Shown here: piece by piece, positions 24,648-34,658 of the stretch
How positions within the stretch are numbered: position 1 is the first letter of the stretch
Layout of the letters: every line of letters starts with the position of its first letter
Source of the DNA: Vitrella brassicaformis CCMP3155
Lineage: Eukaryota; Protista; Chromerida
Length of the DNA: 64,000 nucleotides
Direction of reading: 5' to 3'
Assembly (NCBI GenBank): GCA_001179505.1
Contig: CDMY01001064.1
Location: forward strand, 1 to 64,000
Made by a program: the position numbers and the translations under genes
The notes under the pieces: generated by a model
Databases searched by the model: none
Told to the model about the DNA's origin: nothing
The model's input: the letters and a program-made list of their open reading frames with translations, nothing else

Positions 24648-24912
24648 TGTGTTATAGGGCAAGTATGGTTTGAGTGAGGTTGAGGCGGTGATAGCGCTGA
24701 GTGTGGGGGCCGACCTCGGCATCTCACAAGTCGTCGACACTAACCACGGTATATATGCCGGCAGCCTCTCTCCAAAATGTGTGTGTGTGGGCGGTGTGTG
24801 TGTTTGTCTGCTTCCTTAAGGCATGCACTACAAGATCTCCAAGTTCATGCTGAGTGACCTCAAGACCAAGTCGGCCGCAGAGGCAGAGACCAAACTCAAG
24901 GAAGAACTTTGA
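20261..24912 (+). CDS. Secreted tandem two-domain acetamidase/formamidase (FmdA/AmdA) family protein, spliced
   Basis: Signal peptide followed by two copies of the family pattern: VH[FW]GY[YW], SGD.V.V, GH.[MI]..GP..[IV]C..[QD]PGDI, P..G..GVA, VEV.G.L.S.G..H.VQG.G[QE]L.GTGLE and YG[VL][TS]E.E....[IL]S....[FL]G[VI][TS]Q....N.G. Confidence 0.92.
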
Positions 24913-26274
24913 TCGATCCCTCGTCTGGGCGAGAGTGTCTGTCTCATTTGAGACGTATCCATGCGGTTTGTTTGTGTCCGCGAGGGAGGGAGGACTGGGG
25001 GATGAGTGAGTCAGTGAGCTTGGTGTTCTTTGTGTGATTGAAATGTGCCTCCAGGCCAGGGTGTAGCTCTCTCTGTATATGAGCACTTATAAGACACAAA
25101 GACAGACAGAGACGTATTTTTTTCGGGGGGGATGGGGATCGTCCTCCGTCCCGTTTTTTCTGTGGGTTTTGTCTCCATGTGCGTGTGCGTGTGCGTTCCG
25201 AAAAGAGAGAGGGTATTTATCGGCGAGTGTCCATGTGTGTGTGGGGGAAGGGTGTGGGTGTTTTCGTGTGTGTGCGAGTTTTGACCCTGCATGTACATGT
25301 CCGTGTGCATGAGAGCTCCGAAGAGAGAGGGTATTGATCGTATTGCGAGTGGGTGTGTCCCCGTGTGTGTCCGTGCACTGCTTCAGTGACCAAGGCCCGG
25401 GCCGGTTGTTGTACTTTTTTCTGTTCCATCTATGTATGCATCGCTCATCGCAACGCATGAGTGCCCGTGCATCTACCTGTGTTGTCTACAGACCTTTATT
25501 GCACCTCAAACAGGCTCTGGTTCAAAAAGAGGTTTTCCTGCCATGTCTCGTAGATCGGCGATCCACCAGCTTTTCCCTCGGGACGTTTTCCGTAGCGAGC
25601 GCCCTCACGGACCCTCCGGAGAGCCTCAGGCGTCCCCCGTGTCAAGATCTCGGCGTTTACTGGCGTCCCGTCGGCTTGTGACCTGTCGCCGTCCAGCGTG
25701 TGTGTTCGATGAGGAATGGAGCCTCCCCGGGGAAGTGAGAGCCACAGCGGGATTCCCAAGAAGCACAGCCACCACTGGCTGACTTGGTACGGGCCACAGT
25801 GCCGAGCAAGACGCCACACAGGGAGATCAGAACAGACAGACAGACGCGCCCTTTTCGCTGAGTGTGTTCGCGCGTCGAGATCACTGACTGTGTCAGGGGC
25901 GCCACGTGTCATTCATTAGGCTCTTTTTCCGTGTGTCGACATACACTGCCTGTCGGGACGGGTGACTGACTGACTGAGCAACTGAGTGAGTGAGTGAGTG
26001 TCGGGTATATATTTGTGTGTACAGCCAGAGCGGGGGGTCCCCTTCCCTTCCCGCCTGTCTTTTCCCTTCTCTCTTCCCTCTCCCCGCCCCTCTCTATCTG
26101 AGCAGCTCCTCCGCTGCTGTTGGGACGAAGCGAGTGAAGGAGGGAGGGAGGTTCCTACTACTGTACGCTCTTGTTCTGTTTGTTGATATCGGTCTCTCTC
26201 TGCTTGCCGTGCCGTGACGTGCCTGTCTGTCTGTCTGAGTGAGGCTTGCTTGCTTTACTTCTTCCTTCCTAGCC

Positions 26275-26699
26275 ATGTCGTTTCTTCCCTTGCCTCGTTC
26301 TGCCTACGGCCTGAGCGAGTGGGGCGGCTTCCTCCCACCTGACGAGCCACTCCCACGCCTCTCTGACCCATACTTCGACCCGTGGGAAACCCTTGCTGCC
26401 AACCTGCCCGAGCGCCTGACAGCCATCGACGAGTACCGGCGTGATGTGCAGCAGATGCCCGTCCTGGAGACGAGCAGCCTGACGGGTGGTGGTGAGGGTG
26501 GGGTTGAGGGTAGTGATGATATTGCGGAGGTGCGTCGCGCTCATGTGGTGTTGGGGATGCTGAGCATGGGGTACGTGTGGGGAGGGGGGGAGAAGGAACC
26601 GGCTAAGGCGCTGCCCAGGAGCCTCGCTGTGCCATGGTGAGTGTGAGTGTGAGGGAATGGATGCAGGAAGGGTTGGCAGGTGCTTGCAGACACAGACAC

Positions 26700-26731
<32 letters not shown>

Positions 26732-27996
26732 ATATGTGTGCGCTTGTCAGGACATGTGTGAGCCGTCGGTTGGGCCTGCCGCCCATCGTGACCCACGTCG
26801 ACATGGACCTGTGGAACTGGGCCAAGATCGACAAGGACGAACCATTCACGCCAGAGAACCTCAAGTGAGTAGCCACAGCCCCCACACCCCCACACAAAAC
26901 ACACAAGCGGCATCTATCCATGTATGTCTGTGTGTTGGTTGTCAGGTGTCACTCGCACTTCACGGGCAGCCGCAGCGAGGAGTGGTTCCACCTGGTGCCC
27001 TGCGCCATAGAGCACGCCGGCACCCCTCTCGTCAACAAGACATTCGACCTCGCCACACACCTTAACCAGCTCTTCCCAAACGGCCCTCCCTCAACCCCCA
27101 AACCCACACCAGACACCGAGCGCATCACGGCAGAGTACCTCTCGTGTGTGTCAACCACCCTCACCGAGATGACGGCCTTGATCAGGCGCATGCGCGAGGG
27201 GTGCGACCCACGGGAGTTCTACCTCAAGCAAAGGCCCTTCCTCGCCGGTTTTGGGTCCAGCGAGGCGCTGCCGGACGGTCTGGTGTACGAGGGCGTCTCC
27301 ACCGAGCCCCTCAAATTCAACGGTGCGAGCGCGGGGCAGAGTAGCCTGGTGCAGATGTTTGACGTGCTCCTGGGGGTCAGGCACCGCGACCCCTTCCTCG
27401 CTAAGATGCGCCAGTACATGCCCGCAGACCACCGGATGTTTCTCGAGGCACTGGAGCCGCTGGGCGAGGCGCTGCGGGGCATCGTGGGGGCTAGTGGCAG
27501 TGGCAGTGGCAGCGGCGACCACACACTCGCGAGGCGGTTCGACGAGTGTCTCGACAAGCTGGCTGCATTCCGCTCGGCACACATGGGTCTGGTGCACACC
27601 TACATCATCCAGATGAAGCGCGAGCAGGCTGCGGCCGAGCACGACCACGACCAAGACCACCACGAGGCGCACCACGCGGCGAGCAAGGCCAAGGGCACCG
27701 GCGGCACCGAGCTGATCCCCTTCCTCAAGCAGTGCAAGGAGGAGACCACCGAGGCCAAGCTCAACCACACTATCCCCCACAGCCACAGCCTCCCCCAGCC
27801 GCACCACCAGCAGCACCTGAGGAAGGATGGCCCGTTGCTGCAGCTGGCCAGCAGTGTCCGGGCGCGGAGTGCTGGCTCGTTGTGTGACAGCAGTGGGAGT
27901 CCGGTAGTAGCGGCCGACACCCCCACGTGTGTGCCTGCCGAGTTGGTGCATGGGCTGGCGGAAGCGTTGCCGGAGCCCGACACGGGCGACGTGTAG
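26275..27996 (+). CDS. IDO: Indoleamine 2,3-dioxygenase (heme), 3 exons
   Basis: GFLP, RRAHVVLGMLSMGYVWG, LGLPPIVTH.D..LWNW, FTGSRSEEWF, RPFLAG, GASAGQSSLVQMFD.LLG, MRQYMP, FRSAH (proximal His) and the KGTGGT loop. Confidence 0.96.
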
Positions 27997-29103
27997 TCGA
28001 TGTTCGTGTGTGTGTGTGTGTGTGTGCGTGTGTGTGAGGGTGAGAGTGGATGAGCGATGGAGAGAAAGTGGATCGATGGGTTTTTGTATGCGGACCTTCC
28101 TCACCTCACCGAGTGGCTTCATGTCGTTGTGTCGGAGCAGCCTCTCCGCGAACCGCCCGTGCCTGGGGACAGCCAGGGGCGGTTCGCTGAGCTGATGCGG
28201 TGACACAACAGCAGGAAGCTACGGGCGCAGTGTGCTGTGCATGGATGAAACACACGGACGGACAGTGGCGAGAGAGAGCAGATCGTGCCTGGAGAGGAAT
28301 GACGGACACAAGGACCGATGGATGGATGGATGAGTCATTCTTGTCCTTTTCAGTGTGTGTGGGGCGGGAGAGGGGTGGGGGCGGGTTGCTGTTTATGAAT
28401 GCGTAAAGGCCTGTTTGCGTCCGTTTATGCGCCCATTTGCGCACACACACGATCACGGGGGAGGGAGGGACCTGATGGATGTATCTATCGCACTCGCTTT
28501 TTGTGACCGATCAGTTTGCTTACGTTTAACACAGGGCTCTCACAGACCAACACGCACTCACAGGGTGTTTTGACACCCGCTTCTGGCATTCATACCAACT
28601 GGACTCTCTCTGTACCCTAGCATTTGTCTCTTCATGGCCATGGCCGGCTGCTTGAGGTGAAGTGAGGTGCGATCATCGCAACCCTGGCCGGAGACACATG
28701 CCTCTATCGTGACACTGTGGATCCATCCATGTGTGTGTTGTGTGAGGGAGGGGTGTGGTGGGGTGGGGTGGGTGTATTGATAGCAGAGAGCACACTAATC
28801 GAGAGCACATTGACATGAGAGGGCTGAGGTGAGAGCGGACTTTGCTCGTTTATCTGGCTGGGCTGAAAGAGGAAGAGTGCCATGTCTGTCATGGCTGCAG
28901 CCGGCCATCCGTCCCGTCACACAGTCGCTCCATCCATGTGGCTCTCTATGACTCACAAAATGGCTGTCGGTCTGCACCGCAGCCACCAACACATACACAC
29001 ACAACGAGAGAGAGACAAATACTGTGCGCCCAACCACAACAGCGACCTACTGCCCAAAGACACACACATTTACCCGACCACATAAGCCAGCCACACAAGC
29101 TTG

Positions 29104-29762
29104 CTACACTGAACGCCGACTCATGTCCGGACCCCCCTCCTCTCCCTCTCCCCGACCCCCTCCCTCATGTGCCCTCCTGCTGCTCGCAAGGGCTGCTTTC
29201 TTCTGCGGCCTGGACAGATAGTATGGGAGGACCAGCGTCACGACGCTGATAGCAAGGAAAGCGATGCTGAGGGGGGAGAAGTCGCCACCATCGTCGAGCT
29301 GCACACACAGAGAGACAAGGGAGAGAGATGGGCGACAGAGTGCCGAGTGGACAGGGGGGGGGGATTGCCCACCACAGCGCTGACGATTGGCGTGATGAAG
29401 AGGAGGGGTATACCCATAACGAGAACACCAAAACCAGCGAGAGTGCAATAGTCCTCAAAGCCAAAAGAGTCTCCTGTGTATGCACACACGAGCCCATGAG
29501 ATGCGAATGTCTGGCGCATTCATTTATCGCTTTCGTCTCCCTTACCCCATAGTGCCATACATAAAGCATAGGTAGCCTCCTGGCTGAACGTATAAAAGAT
29601 GAATGTCTGAACGATAATCACAACGCCACAAACACGGGTGAAACAGACCGAAACTATCACTTCACACCCCTAAAACCCCACCAGCGGCTGCAGCGCCAAC
29701 ACCCGAATCAGACCACATATCAAATGACCCCACCCAACCTGACAAACACAGAGAGCGATACA

Positions 29763-29797
<35 letters not shown>

Positions 29798-31515
29798 GGA
29801 AAGCGCTGCGGTGGTCCTCGCGGTGTGTGCCAACCCACCCACCGACCACAATCTGCGCGATCAGCGAGACGGTCCAGCCATATCGGTCCGCTATCGCCCC
29901 CACCCCCAGTGCACTCATCCACCCCATAGGCGCCACCCACGAGAAGACCTGTGTCCACAGCGTCGTGGTGCCCTCCACGTCGCTGATGCCCTCACTCTTG
30001 ACGATCTCGCGCAGCTGAAGGGTCACCGATCCCAGATAAAACTGCGCACACACAAAAAGGATGTACGTGGATGGGGGGGATGGATGGATGGATGGATGGA
30101 GCGGCCCACATGCATGGGGTGTCTTTGATATACCTGAAAGATGAAGTACCAAATGGTGAGGTATATCGTGATGAGCATAAAGTCGAGGGTGCACATCTGC
30201 CGTACCACCTTGCCCAGCCTCGTCTTCGGGTGCCCCAGACACTTGATCACCGCATCATAGTCCTTTGCACCCTTGCCATGCTGCTGATGCTGCTGCGCCT
30301 GCGCCGTCACAGCCTTCGGCACGGTCCCCACCACAGCATTTACGGCCGCCCTCACCTCGGATGTCTCGCTGTCCATGGCGAGGTCGACCGGAGGGTCACT
30401 CATCGTCTTTCGCGGATCCATGACCGGCGTGTCTTCTTCCTCATCTGGCGGCGGCTTCAGCTGCTCGGCGCTGAGATGTCTCAAGTCAAAATGGAGGGTG
30501 GTCTGTGAGAGGTGGGGGGCGTGCTTGCGCGGGGCCGTAGTTGGGGGGATGCGGTAGAAGCCGCCCTTGGCGATGCTGAAGGCGACCTTGTCGCCTCTGT
30601 CAAAGTGGCGCATCGGCTGCATGGCGAGGAAGGGCAGGAAGAGGGTGAGGACGATGGCGTAGTAGAGGAACATGTCATCAAAGGTCACAGGGGTCTCTGA
30701 GATGATCAGCTGGAAGGCAGCGAAGACAATGCTGATCCCACACACGCACACACACAGATGGACAGACACAGATGGGTCTGTCTACGCATTCATTGTGACA
30801 CTCGTGTACCTGGAAGTGCCGAATACGGTCGAGAAGAATGCTGTGACGAGGCCGTAGTTGTTGGGGTATAGATTGGCGCAGTGAGTCGCATAGAGAGCCA
30901 CACCCGTCCCCGGTGCGATGAGGCAGAAGAAGCCCAGGAAGGTGTAGTCGAACTCACCCTCTCCCTTCGGACCCAGGCCGACAAGATAAGCGCCTACTGT
31001 GAGAGTGAGATGCATCCAGAACACCATCCTACAGTGAGTGCACATCCATCCATCCATCCATCCATCCATCCACAATGCACAGATCACCCACCACACGGCA
31101 GCCTGGCTGTGTTGTGATCTTGCTGAGTGACTCACTTGGGTCCGATTCTGTCGAGAATGATTCCCAGAGGCAGCCCCAGCACCATTTGAAAGGCCACGCA
31201 CACAGTGAAGATCAGGTTCAAATGGACCGCCTCCTCCTCGCAGCTGCCGGTCTCTGGGTCAAAGCTCTCCTCCGTGCACATGTGGCTGTACACATTCGCC
31301 TCGAGCACTGCAGACCAGACAGAGGGGAGGGAAGCCATGATGTGGACGGCTCACTCTTTCATGCACGCACGCATAATGGTGGTGGCGCCCCAGCCCATGC
31401 CCAAGCCGCTTGAGATCAACAGGTGGAAGAGGCTGATGGACACCACCCAGAATCTGGCCTCACGATAGAAGGGCAATGCAGCGGGCGGCTTCTGAAGGGT
31501 CTCTTCTGATGCCAT
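29104..31515 (-). CDS. MFS amino-acid transporter, SLC43/LAT3- or ApiAT-like, spliced (3' end uncertain)
   Basis: ISSGLGMGWG in TM1, a Cys-containing loop (VYSHMC...SC), LNLIFTV, LGIILDRIGPK, multiple TM helices, and GALGVGAIADRYG in the C-terminal half. Confidence 0.85.
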
Positions 31516-31683
31516 CTCTGACGGATGAATGAGTCGTTCTCGGCAGCGCTTCACGCGTACAGCGACTTTGGTCCTGTGGCCTTTTCCAAGCTCGCCATTT
31601 CCAAGCTCGCAAATCGGAAGGGTGGAGATAGAGGTGGCAACTGCAGGGCATTGCGTTGTGTAGCTGTGGTGTCATTTGCGAAG

Positions 31684-32880
31684 ATGCGGCATTCTACATC
31701 TTTGTCATTTCCGGCGTGGTGCCTCCTTGCCTGTTTGTCTTTCATCGCGCCGTCGCTGGGCATTCCCGCAGTGACCACCAGGACAGCATTCCAGCCATGC
31801 GTTTCCCTCAGCAGCATCGACGCGCCAAGATCCGCAGTGCTGGCGAGGCGGCGGCCACGTGTCGGTGATTCATGGGCTCTTTCCTCAACAGTGAAGGGTC
31901 CGGAGCCTCGGACAATGGCTGCAGTTGACGAGAAGCCGCGTGCCGCTGCTGCCGGTGCTTCGGCAGTGAATGTGGATGATCCCGTGGCGATGCGGGCGAG
32001 GGAGGAGAACAAGAGAGCCAAGGAGAAGATCGAGGCCGACCTGAGGGATGAGGAGCAGAAGCTCAGGAAGCTCGAGGTCAGTCAGTGAGGTGCACACGAA
32101 CCTGCCTGGGGTGGGGCGAATGTGATGTGCAGTTGGACGTGACTGACTTTTCAAAATGTGTGTGTGTGTGTGTGAATGTGTGCAGCGTCTGATGAATGAG
32201 TTTGAGCAGCAGGGTCGGGATAGATGGACAGGCGCAGACAAGCTCGGGGAATGCATCAGGGACATCCGCGCACAGAGAAGGTCAGACAGTCACACACAGG
32301 CATAGCACACACCCCTTCCAATGGTTGGGTGTGTTCCGCCTGTTCAGGATATCTGAGAAGCTTCGGTGGAAGCTTCAGTTCCTGGACCTCAACATGGACA
32401 GACCCAACGCTGTCGAGGAGGCGGAGAGGTGCGTAGTGACACACAGGGACACGTAGCCAGCCACGCATCCATCCATCCATCCGTCTGTCTGTCTGTCTGT
32501 CTGGCGGCATCATGGTTGTAGGTATTACGAGGACAAGAGGATGGCTCAGAAGGAGCGGGAGCTCATCGATAAGTACCCCAACTGGCAGTACGAACTGGAA
32601 GAGAAGCTGAATCCTCTCTTCGGTGAGTGCGGTGCCAACCCGCCCCTCTCTCCCACCAAGACATCACACGCCATGTCATGACACGCCTCCTTTCCCACGT
32701 GGTGTGGCAGATACGCCCGTGTACAAGTGGGTGGCTGACGACGAGAAGTGGTCTGACGTCAAGCTGGCGCTGCTGGCCCTTCCCCTGGCGCTGGCCATCT
32801 GCTGGTACTCATACTATGTCAAGCAGGATGTCAACATGATACCACCGGGGGCCACGCCGGGCGGCATTCCGCCGTCCTAG
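31684..32880 (+). CDS. Probable plastid-targeted membrane protein of unknown function, spliced
   Basis: Signal peptide (WCLLACLSFIAPSLG), an S/R-rich transit-like segment containing AF, a coiled-coil, and one C-terminal TM helix (VKLALLALPLALAICWYSYYV). Confidence 0.7.
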
Positions 32881-33347
32881 GGAGTGGGCTGTGGGCGTGT
32901 GGTCGGACAATGAAGCTAAGGTGAGAGGTGTGAATCATCATTTTTTGGCCTGACTGCCTGCCTGCCTCATAGAGGCGTGTGCATGTTTGTGTGGAGTGGA
33001 GTTGGGTCATTGGTCTCACATCGGCTTTTCTGTCGCGGTGTGTGTGTGTGTGTGTGTGCATATGAGACGATGCAACTGACTTGTCTGTACAGAGAGCATA
33101 GCATCCCCTCACTCAATAACTGACTTATGTTTTTCGGTACTCGTGGCCAATGAGTGAATTCATGACAGCATTGGGGAGCAGGAAAATCCGAGAAGGGCAC
33201 AAAAGTCCTCACACCACATGCACTGCTGACACGTACGTAAACTCTATCAGTCCCCCGGCTTCCCCACTGATCAACTCAACTCACGTGCCTTGCACGCACC
33301 GAAAACGCACGACCCACCACCGATATATCAGGGCATCACTCTATTTG

Positions 33348-34406
33348 TCAGTCTTTGTGGTCGTCCTTCATCTCCTTCTCCCACTCCTGCGCATACACAC
33401 ACGCGTAAACAGATGGGTCCGATCTGATGTGATGTGTGCATTGGGTGGGTGAATGGGTGAATGGGCGACACACCTTGAGTGCCTCGTGGTATTCGCTCCA
33501 CTCTTTCCACATCGTAGCGGGGATCTCAGCCTCGACCTTGACGATCTGCATCAAACCCACACATACGCAGACAACCAAGCATCAGAGTTGTGTGTCTGTG
33601 TGCACCGCTCGAGCGCCTTACCCGCGTGACGAGCTTGAACTCAGACGTCGTAAACTGAACAACGAACACACCACACATGTAGAACAACGAACACACCACA
33701 CATGTATAGGCGGCCACGTGTGTGTGTGTGTTTGACCTTGACTTTGACTGGGCAGTCGTAGCCATTCGCACAGAAGGGCACGTGGGCCTCGCCCACGAAC
33801 ACGTGGCAGTCGTCCTTGGCCTGCTCATCAAACGACCTGCACACATGTGGATGGATGAGACCCCTCGGACGACAATCAATCCCACAACGACCTGCCTACT
33901 TCTTGGCGCTGATGGTCTTGAGGGCACAGATCAGGCGGTTGTGTCCGCTGCCCTTGCTATCCACGTGGCCGGCCTGCCAGCGAGCCTGATACACACACAC
34001 ACGCGCCACACAGAGAGAGAGTGTGTCCGTCCACGATCTTTTGTGTGTTGCAGATAGCGGCGGCTCACCGTGACATAGTCATCGTCGGATCCCGTGAGAT
34101 GGACCAATCGTATCGGATCTGCTCGCGGGAAATCAGATGTTAGAGTGACCATACCGCCTGACTCCTGAACGCACGTGTGACAAGCAACAATGCTCAGTCT
34201 GACATGAAAGCACAAGGAAATGCTACCTTGATGTGGATAGGCGCCGTCATAGCCATCCCTGCATGCCACAACAGGCGCATACTCGACGCACCGTGTCGTC
34301 GTGCCCCTAAACCTCTTCCTACCTCACCTTTGACCCGCTTTTCCAGTCCATCTGAGTCGACGATTTGGACTGTCGTCCAGCCCACAAACTTCCGGTTGCC
34401 CGCCAT
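33348..34406 (-). CDS. Small hypothetical protein (about 165 aa, 7 exons)
   Basis: In-frame GT-AG exon chain MAGNRKFVGWTTVQIV...|GGMVTL...|ARWQAGH...|SFDEQAKDDCHVFVGEAHVPF...|FTTSEFKLVTR|IVKVEAEIPATMWKEWSEYHEALK|EWEKEMKDDHKD*. Confidence 0.75.
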
Positions 34407-34437
34407 TTGCAGCTGTATTTCTGAAGACAAGAACGAC

Positions 34438-34652
34438 AGGGTTTAGGGTTCGCGGCGGGGTTTGGAATTCTCGCCGCGAATTCTCGCCGCGACGAGACGA
34501 AGGGGACTTTTATTCCTCTACACATTTTCCCGTTCTCCTGACGTCAACACTTCCCTCCAACCCTCCTTCTCCACTTGTGTTTGTTTCCCTCGCCCGGCGA
34601 TGTGAAAAACTCACCGTGGTTTTCTGTTTCCCTCGCCCGGCGATGTGAAAAA
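34438..34652. repeat. Cluster of short duplications in an intergenic/promoter region
   Basis: AGGGTTTAGGGTT (34438-34450), GAATTCTCGCCGC x2 (34465-34490), and a 28-bp direct repeat TGTTTCCCTCGCCCGGCGATGTGAAAAA at 34582-34609 and 34625-34652. Confidence 0.9.
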
Positions 34653-34658
34653 TTCGCC

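Noticed and set aside
20261-24912. Annotating the amidase as kynurenine formamidase
   Set aside because: It is the wrong family for known kynurenine formamidases and appears to be secreted. Kept only as a hypothesis.
25197-25342. Short imperfect direct repeat (CCGAA(AA)GAGAGAGGGTATT.ATCG)
   Set aside because: Lies in microsatellite-rich 3' or intergenic sequence and is probably slippage. No function can be supported.
34438-34450. Telomere or chromosome-fusion site
   Set aside because: Fewer than two full units and internal to a gene-dense region.
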